64,000 nucleotides of DNA from positions 1-64,000 of the forward strand of contig JAPLVR010000001.1 of the NCBI GenBank assembly GCA_026397015.1. Direction: 5' to 3'. This document shows positions 9,289 through 19,122 of this stretch, piece by piece. A program made the translations under genes and the position numbers. Every line of letters starts with the position of its first letter. The first letter of the stretch is position 1. The notes under the pieces were generated by a model. That model was not told the origin of the DNA, ran no database searches, and saw only the letters and a list, made by a program, of their open reading frames with translations. This stretch comes from Candidatus Iainarchaeum sp. (GTDB lineage Archaea; Iainarchaeota; Iainarchaeia; Iainarchaeales; JAAZKV01).

Positions 9289-11517
9289 CTATTTGCTTGT
9301 TACGGTTGCATCAACGGATTCCCACATAATTCCAGGGCTTCCTCCAACTGAGCTCCCGTAGCCATAGTACCCATACGTGTTTCCTTTTCCGAATTCGAAT
9401 GTTTTAAGCTCTTCGAGCGCGTCGAGAGAATTCGCCTTGAGTTTTAAATCGGAAAGGGTGTATAAAACATTGCCGATGTACATCGCCCTTTTTATGTTTG
9501 TTTCGTCGCCGTAATAGTATCCTTTTTTCAGTTCCTCTTCAGGTGTCACGTGCGTTATTTTTCCCCTCTCTTCGAATCCGTTTTCAAGCGTAACCTTGTA
9601 TACGATTGCACCCTGGAAAACCGGTTCGCCGTAGCTTGGCCCCCACGTGGTAGGTCTTGGCTCTTCTTTGTCCTTTATTTCATAAAGCGTTACTGGCAGC
9701 ACAAGAAGCTCTTTTGCCTTGTCGTACAGGAATGCCTTGTGGTCGTCCAGCGCGTATGAGGTTGTGCCCCTGTCGCCTATTGTTACTTTGTGCATTTCAA
9801 TTGGGTTTGCAACGTCGCTCACATCGAATATTGCCATCTTCATTCCCTGGTACCATGCAAAGTCCCCATATGTCGATTCAACAGCTTCCTTTCCTACTCC
9901 GATTATGTGGGTTGCGTCAATCGGGTGCAAATAATCAGAAAACCCAGGTATCTTTAATTTTCCCAAAACTTTCGGTTCGCTTGGATTATCGAGACCGATA
10001 ACAAACAGGGGGTCAACCTTTTTGAAAGTAACAACGTATCCCCTTTCGCCCATGAATCTAACGGCATAAATTGTCTCTCCAGGTGCGAGGTCTTCAAGCC
10101 TTCCCACGATTCCCATATTTGAGTCCAAAACATAAACGTTGTTCGTGCTCTTTGGCGTTTCAGTTGGCCCGCCCACAATGCTTTGAATCCACCAGTTGTT
10201 TTGGGGGTGCTTTGTTGTCGCAATCCTGAAATTTCCGTTGTATTCATCCATCGAGAACTGGTTCAGAATGTACCCTGGCACGGCACCCTGTCCCATAAAA
10301 ACAATCTTGCCGTCTTCAAGCGCAAATTTATTTACAACAGTTTTTTCTGTTGAATCAATGTTTGCAGCCTCTATCATTTTTGCTATTGTGTTTGCGTCGG
10401 TTATGTTTCCGTCAGCTATTCTTCTTTGAAGCTCATAAAGTGGCGTATAATCCGGCCAGACATTTGCTGAAATGTAAATGTTTTCTGCCGAAGCGTAAAT
10501 GTTTCCTGCATCCCCAACAACTGTTTCTTTCTGCATCTCCCCTGAATCAATTTTTATTGATGCGATTGTGATGAATTGGTCAACCCTCATCGGCGGCAAA
10601 TAACCGATATCGGTCGGCTCTGCGACCCTTTTTGCTTTTCCGTTCTCAATAATCATCGGAATAATGTTTATTTCGTTGTTTGTGTCAATATTTCCGTCTT
10701 TGTAAATAAATGCCCTGTAATCAGGATAGCTTTCAATTACAAAATACACATTATTTCCTATCATCCTTGAATCAACGTAGCTCCCCTGAAACTCTATTTC
10801 CTTTTCAATTGTCGGCGCGTCCCTGTTTGAGATATCGTATAATCTCACAGCCGCTCCGCTGCCTTCGTAAGGCGGGATGACGCACCTTGCCGCACCGTCT
10901 TGATAATTTTGCAAAATTTCGCCGCCAATTGCGCACCTTGCCATGGTTTTTCCCGCAACTTGGTCATAATAATTGTAAACCAAATATCTGTATTTTGTTC
11001 CGAACAAAACAAGCTTGTCGCCCGAAATGAACATTTCAACCGGCCCAAGCTCGTTCAAATCTGTTTTCGAAACAATGGACGAATTTTCAATCGGATAAGC
11101 ATCCGTAATGATAAGCCTTCCCTGTGAGATATTATAGATATATTTTCCGTCGCTCTTGACGATGTCCGCTTCATCCACTCCTTCGACCTGCACATTTGTT
11201 TTTGAGTAATCCGTAGTGCCGCCCGTTGCTTGGGGCGCCGCATTTGTCGCGCTTTCTGCGCTTGATTTCATCGAGGTTGTTGACATTAACATGTCTCCAA
11301 TTCCAAATCCCCTGGAATACCCTCCGTATCCTCCGCTGAGTTGCGCTTTTTTGAATGCGCCAACTAGCTCGTTATAATCCTTGAATTTGGGAATTTCTTT
11401 TCCGACAACTGAAGTGTAGGGCGGCTTTACGTTGCAGCCGGATATCGAGAGAATGCTTCCGACAAGAATTGCAATTATTAAAATTGAGAATATTTTTTTA
11501 TCCATTTTTCGCACCAT
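9289..11517 (-). CDS. Secreted/lipoprotein beta-propeller domain protein
   Basis: Signal ending ISGC; TNVQVEGVDEADIVKSDG, NQFSMDEY, RIATT, DPLFVI, KIPGFSDYLHP. Confidence 0.9.
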   Translation of the reverse strand: MVRKMDKKIFSILIIAILVGSILSISGCNVKPPYTSVVGKEIPKFKDYNELVGAFKKAQLSGGYGGYSRGFGIGDMLMSTTSMKSSAESATNAAPQATGGTTDYSKTNVQVEGVDEADIVKSDGKYIYNISQGRLIITDAYPIENSSIVSKTDLNELGPVEMFISGDKLVLFGTKYRYLVYNYYDQVAGKTMARCAIGGEILQNYQDGAARCVIPPYEGSGAAVRLYDISNRDAPTIEKEIEFQGSYVDSRMIGNNVYFVIESYPDYRAFIYKDGNIDTNNEINIIPMIIENGKAKRVAEPTDIGYLPPMRVDQFITIASIKIDSGEMQKETVVGDAGNIYASAENIYISANVWPDYTPLYELQRRIADGNITDANTIAKMIEAANIDSTEKTVVNKFALEDGKIVFMGQGAVPGYILNQFSMDEYNGNFRIATTKHPQNNWWIQSIVGGPTETPKSTNNVYVLDSNMGIVGRLEDLAPGETIYAVRFMGERGYVVTFKKVDPLFVIGLDNPSEPKVLGKLKIPGFSDYLHPIDATHIIGVGKEAVESTYGDFAWYQGMKMAIFDVSDVANPIEMHKVTIGDRGTTSYALDDHKAFLYDKAKELLVLPVTLYEIKDKEEPRPTTWGPSYGEPVFQGAIVYKVTLENGFEERGKITHVTPEEELKKGYYYGDETNIKRAMYIGNVLYTLSDLKLKANSLDALEELKTFEFGKGNTYGYYGYGSSVGGSPGIMWESVDATVTSK

Positions 11518-11619
11518 TTTTCTGCCTAAACAACTATTCGTCTTTCCTTATTAAATACCTTGCCTTTTTCTTAGGCGAAAACCTAAACACAATTATTTTA
11601 AATCTGAAAGCCTCATTTA

Positions 11620-12003
11620 ATGCAAGAGTGTGATTTTTATATGGCAATAATTTATGGTGTTGACACGGGAAATCCTGTAGCGCCTTTGATGGTTCGCGAC
11701 GCAATAATAAGATGCTTTATCGCTGCGCATTCAAAACAGCTTGAAGGAGTCAGGACTTTTAGGAAATTCGATTCTGATGGAGATTTCGAGAATTTCAAGT
11801 TGCAGTATATTGATGTTTTTATAAGGGGGATTTTTTGCAAGGCCGGTTTTTGCGGCGGCAATGGCTCTTACTCAAACCCTACAAAGGAAAGCCTGATGAA
11901 GGTTGTGGAAGCGTTGAAAGAATATGCCTCAGAATTCAGAAGTCAAGATGTCATAGAGCAGCACGCTTCGGAAATAATGACGCTGATAAATTTGCTTTCG
12001 TAG
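11620..12003 (+). CDS. Hypothetical protein
   Basis: 127-aa ORF after TTTAAA TATA-like box. Confidence 0.65.
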   Translation: MQECDFYMAIIYGVDTGNPVAPLMVRDAIIRCFIAAHSKQLEGVRTFRKFDSDGDFENFKLQYIDVFIRGIFCKAGFCGGNGSYSNPTKESLMKVVEALKEYASEFRSQDVIEQHASEIMTLINLLS

Positions 12004-12015
12004 GCGATGATGAAG

Positions 12016-13026
12016 TTAAAGCTTTCTGAACCCTTTTTTTGTGATTAAATAGTTGTGTTCGATTCTAACGCCGAATTTTTTTGTGTAAATGGCTGGCTCG
12101 ACTGCAAGAACCATCCCTTCCTCTAATTTCCATTTGCTTTTTTCCCCGATTGTTAAGGCGTCATGCGTTTCAAGCCCTATTCCATGGCCGAGCGCATGCG
12201 GCAGTTTCCCAAGAATTTTTGTTTCCTCAAATAATTTTTCGGCTGTTATTCCGGGTGCAAGTTTTTTTTCAATATTTTTTATCCCAGTTTCCACTTTCAC
12301 GCTCGCTTTTTCAAATTCTTTGAATTCTTTTATTTTTTTCCCGACCCAAAATGTTTTTGTGATGTCTGAGTGGTAACCGCCAAGCTTTATCCCAATATCA
12401 ATCATTACGGCGCCAAAAGAAAATTTTGTATCATTCGGCGCGTGATGTATTTGGCAGGTGTTTTTTCCGAACGCGACGATGCAGAAAGCCAGTTCCATCC
12501 CGTTTTTTTGCGCTTCCTCTTTTAGTTTTGCAGCCAATTCTTTTTCGGTTATTCCTTTTTTTAACATTTTTTTTATTTTTGGAAAGAGCTTTTTAGTTTC
12601 ATTTGCCGCGGCAGAGATTTTTTGGATTTCTTCGTTTGATTTTATTTTTCTGCTTTCGAGCAGTTCATTTGAAACATCAATAAATTTTTTCTTCTGGAAT
12701 TTTTTCTTAAGGTTTTTGAGTTCCACAACCGTCAGATGCGTTCCGTTATATCCAACTTTTTTTCCAAGTTTCTTTTCAAATATTTTTTTTAAAGAGTTTC
12801 GGGTGTCGAATGTTTTTACCAAAATTTTTTTTGAAAACTCTTTTTTTGCCTGCGCATAATTGAAAGGGTGCGAAACCCAAAGCGGCTTTTTGTCCTTCCT
12901 TAAAATAAGGAATCCTTCGAATGCGCCCGCTTCCCTTCCGAGGTATTTGCTTGTAATCGGGTCGTGCCAGTAATCCTGCAGGTTCCTCAGATAAATTGAA
13001 TCGATTTTTTTCCAGAGCTTTTCCAT
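12016..13026 (-). CDS. M24 Xaa-Pro aminopeptidase/prolidase
   Basis: HH, DIG..SDITKT, HALGHGIGLETHD, VEP, GVRIE motifs. Confidence 0.9.
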   Translation of the reverse strand: MEKLWKKIDSIYLRNLQDYWHDPITSKYLGREAGAFEGFLILRKDKKPLWVSHPFNYAQAKKEFSKKILVKTFDTRNSLKKIFEKKLGKKVGYNGTHLTVVELKNLKKKFQKKKFIDVSNELLESRKIKSNEEIQKISAAANETKKLFPKIKKMLKKGITEKELAAKLKEEAQKNGMELAFCIVAFGKNTCQIHHAPNDTKFSFGAVMIDIGIKLGGYHSDITKTFWVGKKIKEFKEFEKASVKVETGIKNIEKKLAPGITAEKLFEETKILGKLPHALGHGIGLETHDALTIGEKSKWKLEEGMVLAVEPAIYTKKFGVRIEHNYLITKKGFRKL

Positions 13027-13071
13027 CTAAAATTACCAAAAGAAAAAAGATTTGTTTGTGGAAAATTTTTT

Positions 13072-13359
13072 TTATATTACTTCTATTTTTCCGTTTCTTC
13101 CGGTGCTCACTTGGAGTGATCCCCTGAATTCAGAAGTCCAGCCGTTTGTTATCTTTACTTTGTTGCCCTCGTTTATTTCGGCGCACTGCTCGTTCCAAAG
13201 AGTCAAAGAGACTTCTTTTCCGTCGGTGTCTTTTGCGGCGGCGTTACAAACCTTTCCGGTGCCCTTTGCGCTCGCAAACCCTCTTGGCTCCTCCTTTGAA
13301 ACTATTTCCAGAATAATTTCATCCACGTTCATTCTCGGCTTCAAATCTTTTACCAGCAT
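13072..13359 (-). CDS. Single OB-fold ssDNA-binding protein (RPA/SSB-like)
   Basis: VKDLKP..V..I, LTLWNEQ, GNKVKITNGW..EFRG.LQVSTG. Confidence 0.85.
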   Translation of the reverse strand: MLVKDLKPRMNVDEIILEIVSKEEPRGFASAKGTGKVCNAAAKDTDGKEVSLTLWNEQCAEINEGNKVKITNGWTSEFRGSLQVSTGRNGKIEVI

Positions 13360-13442
13360 ACAATCACCCACACCAATTGTACTATTCGCGCCACAAAACA
13401 ATTAAAAAAGCACCTCTCACAGTTGTGCCGCTTGAAGCGCCC

Positions 13443-14771
13443 CTACAGGTGGAGCGCTTTTTCATAGCTTGCAAGGTCGAGGAGACCGTGCCCTGAAAGA
13501 TTGAACACAATTGTTTTGTTCTTGTATCTTTTCGCGGCCTCAATAGCCCCTTTTATTGCGTGGCTCGATTCCGGCGCCGGGATAATTGATTCCGTTTCCG
13601 CAAATAGTTTCGCCGCTTTGAAGCATTCTTCCTCCGAGTATGATTCGGCTTTTGCAAGGTTGTGCACGACGAGTGCTGAAATTATCGGTGCCATTCCGTG
13701 GTACCTCAAGCCTCCCGCGTGTATCGCCGGCGGAACAAAGTCCGCGCCAAGAGAGTGCATTTTCAGCAGCGGTGTCTGCTTTCCGGTGTCCCCGTAATCG
13801 TATTTGTAAGGCCCGGCTGTGATGCTCGGCACCTCTCTCGGTTCAACTCCGATTAGTTCTATGTCGGCGCCTTTTAATTTGTCAGGGATGAATGGCAGCG
13901 CGATTCCGCCGAAGTTGCTTCCCCCTCCAACGCATCCGATGATTACATCGGCTTTTTCGCCTATTTTTTCAAGTTGTTTTTTTACTTCCTGCCCTATTAT
14001 TGTTTGGTGCAGCAGCACATGGTTCAGAACGCTTCCCAAACTGTATACAGTGTCTTCGCGTTCCTTTGCCACTTCTATCGCCTCCGCTATCGCCATTCCC
14101 AGGCTTCCGCTCGTTCCAGGAAACTTTTTCTGCAATTCCCTTCCGATTTTTGTTTCGTTGCTCGGGCTCGGAACGATTTCGGCGTTATAAAACTTCATGA
14201 CCGTTTTTCTGCCCGGTTTCTGGTCGTAAGAGCACTTTACCATGAAAACTTTCAAATGCAATCCGAAGTGGTTGCACGCCAGCGCCAATGCGGAGCCCCA
14301 CTGTCCAGCGCCGGTTTCGGTCGCCACATTTTTGTAACCCTCTTTTGAAATGTAATACGCCTGTGCAAATGCGGTGTTCTGCTTGTGGCTTCCGGTGGTG
14401 GTTGTGTCTTCGCGCTTGAAATATATTCTGCATGTCGTGCCGATTGCTTTTTCCAGTTTTTCCGCCCTCTGAAGCGGCGTCGGCCTTCCATTGAGAGCGT
14501 AAAGCTCCCTCACTTCGTCCGGAATCGGAATGAACCTTTCGGTTGCCATTTCTTGCCCGAGTATTGCTTTTGGAAAAATTTTCGGCAGTATGCTGAGGTC
14601 GCCTGTGGGCGGGTCCAGTTGGAAAGGCAAATCCGCCAGCACATTGTAGAAGTGCGTCGGTATCTCGTCCTTCTCCAGGGTAATTACTTTTTTTCCAAAT
14701 TTTCCGCCGCCGTTTTTTTTCGCCTCATTTTTATTCGAAACTTTTTCATTTCCGTTTTTTGTTTTTTTCAT
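13443..14771 (-). CDS. trpB2: TrpB2-type tryptophan synthase beta subunit
   Basis: GSHKQN (PLP lysine), TETGAGQWG, GSVLNHV, CVGGGSN, HAGGLRYHG, PAPES, NLSGHG; GGAG SD before ATG at 14771. Confidence 0.93.
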   Translation of the reverse strand: MKKTKNGNEKVSNKNEAKKNGGGKFGKKVITLEKDEIPTHFYNVLADLPFQLDPPTGDLSILPKIFPKAILGQEMATERFIPIPDEVRELYALNGRPTPLQRAEKLEKAIGTTCRIYFKREDTTTTGSHKQNTAFAQAYYISKEGYKNVATETGAGQWGSALALACNHFGLHLKVFMVKCSYDQKPGRKTVMKFYNAEIVPSPSNETKIGRELQKKFPGTSGSLGMAIAEAIEVAKEREDTVYSLGSVLNHVLLHQTIIGQEVKKQLEKIGEKADVIIGCVGGGSNFGGIALPFIPDKLKGADIELIGVEPREVPSITAGPYKYDYGDTGKQTPLLKMHSLGADFVPPAIHAGGLRYHGMAPIISALVVHNLAKAESYSEEECFKAAKLFAETESIIPAPESSHAIKGAIEAAKRYKNKTIVFNLSGHGLLDLASYEKALHL

Positions 14772-14802
14772 CTGCTTCAACTCCTGCACTTTTTTTGCGC
14801 TA

Positions 14803-14870
14803 AGGGAGCAAAGGGAATCAAACCCCGCCCAAAGGCACGGCCTTTTGCACCGCCAATATATCATACTCCC
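14803..14870 (-). promoter_or_regulatory. Structured 5' leader of trpB2 (tRNA-like fold; two in-frame Trp codons)
   Basis: GGGAGTA/TGCTCCC closing stem, AAAGGC/GCCTTT hairpin, GGGG-TTTGATT-CCCT T-arm-like hairpin; TTTAATAA at 14889-14882. Confidence 0.5.
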
Positions 14871-15122
14871 AAAACAAAATATTATTAAACAATTGTCCTG
14901 CACGGTTGCGGTTTCATTGCCAGGTTTTTGTTTTTGGGTGCCGCCAAACCTGAAAAGAATTTTGCCGAAAATTGCAAAGTAGTTGCGCTGGCACAAATGC
15001 AGGAATGCGCTTTTTAAAGCTATGTGTCCGATAAATCAATACGATTCGTTTGCCAGAAGTTTCAAATTTTTTGAGATTTTTTCGGCAGATGGGTTAGTAA
15101 ATAAAAAAGGTGAATAAATTAA

Positions 15123-15329
15123 ATGGGACAAGATAAATTCGGCAGGCCAATGCACAAGGTAACATGCTCCGATTGCGGGCAGGAAACTGAAGTGCCTTTC
15201 AAGCCTGACGGTAACAGGCCTGTATACTGCAGGGATTGCTACCAAAAACACAAGAAACCATTCAGCGGAAGCGGCGGAGGAAGGAGAGACTTTAGGTCTG
15301 AATCTTCCGAAGAATCCGGAGATTACTGA
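15123..15329 (+). CDS. CxxC-x17-CxxC zinc-ribbon protein
   Basis: CSDCG.ETEVPFKP...RPVYCRDCY. Confidence 0.9.
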   Translation: MGQDKFGRPMHKVTCSDCGQETEVPFKPDGNRPVYCRDCYQKHKKPFSGSGGGRRDFRSESSEESGDY

Positions 15330-15468
15330 TTCTCACGGCATGGTTGATTGAAGAGATAGGATTTTGTATTTTTTATCTTTAAAAAAAGTGTTTTTTTAAC
15401 GGGCCGGCGAAAGTTGGGCCCGATTTCTAATTTTTATTTTTTTATTCTTACTTGATGTTGCCGGCTGA

Positions 15469-15990
15469 ATGCCTATCAAAACCCGTATAAATATTTCCGG
15501 TTCAAAATACTTTATGATTCCGCGTGGGCCCTTTGTAATTAAAGGCAGAAAAATAAGAATTTTTAGTCAGCAGGGCGAAGGGCGCGGGAAAAACAGGATT
15601 TATGAACGCTGTGACAAAAGCAGTCTGATGCTCAGGGTGGGCAACGTAACTTACGATTTGCGGTCAGGGAAGCCGGCTTATTTTGGCAAACGTGTCAGCG
15701 GTAAAGAGATAGACTCTTTGTCAAGGGCGGCCGTATTGAGAAATGCGGGCATAACTAAACTTGAAAACCTGAACAGGGTTGCGTATTTTGCGGCAGCAGA
15801 AATGCGCCGCGGGAATTTTGGGAAAGCAGATTCTTGGATTAGAAAATTTGGTGAACTTCAGAAAGAAATATCGGCGATGCATCCAAAAATAGGCCCCATT
15901 ATTGAAGATATGGCGGTTAAAGAAGGCATGAAACTGGGGGAATTGGAGACGCTTCAAAAAAAGCTCGCCCGAAGAATAATATATTCCTGA
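15469..15990 (+). CDS. Basic orphan protein
   Basis: 173-aa ORF, K/R-rich. Confidence 0.55.
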   Translation: MPIKTRINISGSKYFMIPRGPFVIKGRKIRIFSQQGEGRGKNRIYERCDKSSLMLRVGNVTYDLRSGKPAYFGKRVSGKEIDSLSRAAVLRNAGITKLENLNRVAYFAAAEMRRGNFGKADSWIRKFGELQKEISAMHPKIGPIIEDMAVKEGMKLGELETLQKKLARRIIYS

Positions 15991-16066
15991 CCCCCGCCGG
16001 TAGCCATTTATAATCTTTTTGCAGAGGGCTTTAATTATTGGTTTTTAGCGTGCGAGGTTTTTGTAA

Positions 16067-16813
16067 ATGAAAATTGCGTTGGTTGGTTACGGCAAAATGG
16101 GGAAAGCAGTTGAAAAAATTGCCATTGAAAGAAAACATTTGGTCGTAAAAATTGATTCCGCTGAGGCGGGAGCCGATTTTGGGGAAATAAATTCTGAAAG
16201 CATTTCGGGCGCGGATGTGTGTGTTGATTTTACAAACGCAAACTCTGTTTTGGAAAATGCGAAAAAAGTTGCTGCGCTAAAGAAGAACCTCGTGATTGGC
16301 ACGACCGGCTGGTACGACAAGATGGATGAAATGAAAGGCGCGGTAAGGGGAATCGGGTGCCTCTGGAGCGGGAACTTCAGCATCGGAATGAATGTTTTTT
16401 TCCGCTCGGTGAAAGAAACCGCAAAGATGATGAACAATTTGCCCGAATACGATGCCGCCGTCTACGAGGTGCACCATAACCAGAAAAAGGATTCTCCCGG
16501 CGGCAGCGCGCAGATAATCGGAAAAATAATTTTGGAAAACATGAAGCGCAAAAAGAAAGTTGTGATGGACAGGTTTGCGGACAGGAAGCCCAACCCCGAT
16601 GAATTGCATGTTGCAAGCGTGAGGTGCGGCTCCATTCCCGGAACGCATACGGTTCTTTTCGATTGCCCGGTTGATACTATTGAGATGAAGCACATTGCGC
16701 GCGGAAGGGAAGGTTTTGCTTTCGGCGCTGTTCTAGCTGCGGAATTCATAAAAGGAAAGAAAGGGTTTTATAGTATTGATGATTTGATGAATGAAATAAT
16801 AAAAACAAAATAA
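16067..16813 (+). CDS. dapB: 4-hydroxy-tetrahydrodipicolinate reductase
   Basis: GYGKMG, DFT, GTTG, NFSIG, EVHHNQKKDSPGG, HIARGREGFA. Confidence 0.95.
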   Translation: MKIALVGYGKMGKAVEKIAIERKHLVVKIDSAEAGADFGEINSESISGADVCVDFTNANSVLENAKKVAALKKNLVIGTTGWYDKMDEMKGAVRGIGCLWSGNFSIGMNVFFRSVKETAKMMNNLPEYDAAVYEVHHNQKKDSPGGSAQIIGKIILENMKRKKKVVMDRFADRKPNPDELHVASVRCGSIPGTHTVLFDCPVDTIEMKHIARGREGFAFGAVLAAEFIKGKKGFYSIDDLMNEIIKTK

Positions 16814-16864
16814 TTTTATTTGGTTAAAGAAGAATAATTGGATTTAGAAAGCAGGGGTGTTGAT

Positions 16865-17782
16865 ATGATGGCTCAAAAAGATAAAAATAATTCAAAAATC
16901 AAGTTTCAAGGGGTTTTTCCCGCAATAATTACTCCTTTCAAAAAGGATGAAAGCGTCGATTATGATGCTCTTGGAAAATTAATCGAATTTCAGATAAAGA
17001 ACGGCGTTGCCGGAATCGTTCCGTGCGGAACAACGGGGGAAAGCCCGACGCTTGACCACAAAGAGCATGCAGAGGTTATCAAATTTACAATCGATAAGGT
17101 AAACGGCAGGCGTTTGGTTATTGCAGGAACAGGAAGCAACTGCACAAAGGAAGCTATTGAGCTTTCAAGACACGCCGAAAACGACGGCGCCGATGCAATT
17201 CTTTTGGTAAACCCTTATTATAATAAGCCGACCCAGGAAGGGTTGTACAGGCACTTCAAGGCGATTGCAAATGCCATAAAAATCCCTGTTATTATTTACA
17301 ACATCAAGGGGAGAACCGCGGTAAATGTTGAAACCCCCACGCTTATGAGGATTGCAAGCGAGTGCAGGAACGTTATAGGCGTCAAAGAGGCTTCCGGCGA
17401 CATGAATCAAATAAGGGATGTTATTGCGAAGAGGCCTGCAGGGTTCAGTGTCCTCAGCGGCGACGACAATTTCACCCTTGAGCTTGTGAAATCGGGGGGC
17501 AACGGGGTAATCAGCGTTGCTGCGAATGTTATGCCCGTGCAGATGGTGAAGTTGGTTGACCTTGCCCTCGCGGGAAAAATCGAAGAGGCGGAAGCATTGA
17601 ATAAGAATATTTCCCCGATGTTCTCTGCGGAGTTCATTGAAACTAACCCTATTCCTATTAAGTTCATGGTTGCGCGGATGGGAATGTGCGAGGAAGTTTA
17701 CAGGCTCCCGATGTGCGAGATGAGCGCGGAACACAAGGCGCAGGTTTTGCAGGTAATGAAAGATTTAAAGATCTTAAAATAA
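16865..17782 (+). CDS. dapA: 4-hydroxy-tetrahydrodipicolinate synthase
   Basis: GTTGESPTL, PYYNKP, YNI, GVKEASG, ETNPIP. Confidence 0.95.
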   Translation: MMAQKDKNNSKIKFQGVFPAIITPFKKDESVDYDALGKLIEFQIKNGVAGIVPCGTTGESPTLDHKEHAEVIKFTIDKVNGRRLVIAGTGSNCTKEAIELSRHAENDGADAILLVNPYYNKPTQEGLYRHFKAIANAIKIPVIIYNIKGRTAVNVETPTLMRIASECRNVIGVKEASGDMNQIRDVIAKRPAGFSVLSGDDNFTLELVKSGGNGVISVAANVMPVQMVKLVDLALAGKIEEAEALNKNISPMFSAEFIETNPIPIKFMVARMGMCEEVYRLPMCEMSAEHKAQVLQVMKDLKILK

Positions 17783-17844
17783 AAATATCCAAAAACTTTG
17801 GCTTGCTTTAAAAAATAAATTGAACAAAAGTTAGTGGTGGGCAA

Positions 17845-19068
17845 ATGGCAAAGATAAACAGCAACTATGATAAGCTCGCTGCGGGCTACCTGTTTCCTGA
17901 AATCGCGAAGCGAACCAAAGCTTTTCAGGAAAAAAATCAGGGTGTCGAAGTTTTGCGGCTTGGAATAGGAAACACGACCGAGCCTTTGGCACCGAGCATC
18001 ATAAAAGCGCTCAAACTGGGGGTGGAAAAGCTTTCTGACGTGAAAACGTATACGGGTTATGGGGACGAGCAGGGCGACACCAGATTAAGGAAAGCGATTG
18101 CTGACTTTTATACAGGGCGCGGGGTTTCAATTGAAGCGGATGAAGTTTTTGTCAGCGACGGCGCGAAACCCGATTCCGCAAACATTTCCTCAATCTTCAG
18201 CCAGGATTGTGTGGTCGCGGTGCAAGATCCGGCTTATCCGGTTTATGTTGACAGCAATGTCATTGCCGGAAGAAGCGGGAAAGCAAAGGACGGAACGTAT
18301 GCGGGTTTTGTTTACATGCCCTGTAATGAAAAAAACGGCTTCTTTCCAGAAGTGCCGAAGCAGAAAGTTGATTTGATTTATTTGTGCTCTCCGAATAACC
18401 CAACCGGGACAGCCGCGACAAAAGAACAGCTCAAAAAATTTGTTGATTATGCACGAAAGAACAAAGCGGTGATTATTTTTGATTCCGCTTACGCCACATT
18501 TATTTCCGACCCAAAGTTTCCAAGAAGCATTTATGAAGTGGAGGGGGCGAAGGAGTGCGCGATTGAAATCAACAGCTTTTCAAAGAGCGCCGGCTTTACA
18601 GGTGTGCGTCTTGGATGGTCAATTGTCCCAAAAAATTTGGTTGCAGAAGATGCCGCTCCCGGAAAAATAAATTCTTTGTGGAACAGGCGCCAGATAACCA
18701 TGTTCAACGGCGCCTCGAATATTGTGCAGGAGGGCGGTCTCGCTTGTTTGAATGAGCAAGGTTTGGCAGAGAACCAGAAAATAATTGATTATTATATGGG
18801 GAATGCGCGCATAATTAAGAAAGGGCTTGAGGAGAAGGGATTAAAGGTTTTTGGCGGCGTGAACGCGCCCTACTTGTGGGTTAAAACCCCAAACAAAATG
18901 AAATCATGGGAATTCTTCGATAAAATGCTTTCAGAGGCGCACGTAGTCGTGACTCCCGGCTCCGGATTCGGGCCGAGCGGGGAAGGTTACTTCAGGGTAA
19001 CCGCCTTCGGCCACAGGGAAAATATTATTAAAGCGGTTGAAAGCGTGAAAAAGAATTTGTCAATTTAA
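17845..19068 (+). CDS. dapL: LL-diaminopimelate aminotransferase
   Basis: YLFPEIA, SDGAK, DPAYPVYVD, CSPNNPTG, SFSKSAGFTGVRLG, PGSGFG. Confidence 0.95.
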   Translation: MAKINSNYDKLAAGYLFPEIAKRTKAFQEKNQGVEVLRLGIGNTTEPLAPSIIKALKLGVEKLSDVKTYTGYGDEQGDTRLRKAIADFYTGRGVSIEADEVFVSDGAKPDSANISSIFSQDCVVAVQDPAYPVYVDSNVIAGRSGKAKDGTYAGFVYMPCNEKNGFFPEVPKQKVDLIYLCSPNNPTGTAATKEQLKKFVDYARKNKAVIIFDSAYATFISDPKFPRSIYEVEGAKECAIEINSFSKSAGFTGVRLGWSIVPKNLVAEDAAPGKINSLWNRRQITMFNGASNIVQEGGLACLNEQGLAENQKIIDYYMGNARIIKKGLEEKGLKVFGGVNAPYLWVKTPNKMKSWEFFDKMLSEAHVVVTPGSGFGPSGEGYFRVTAFGHRENIIKAVESVKKNLSI

Positions 19069-19122
19069 ATTGTAAAAAATTTTGTAAAAATTTGATTAAA
19101 AAAAATTTTTGTCGGTGGAAAG

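Noticed and set aside
14772-14996. 75-aa N-terminal extension of TrpB2 from the ORF track
   Set aside because: Spans the TATA box and leader; SD supports the start at 14771
15991-16066. Lysine riboswitch or leader before dapB
   Set aside because: Region is too short and shows no suitable structure or Lys-codon leader
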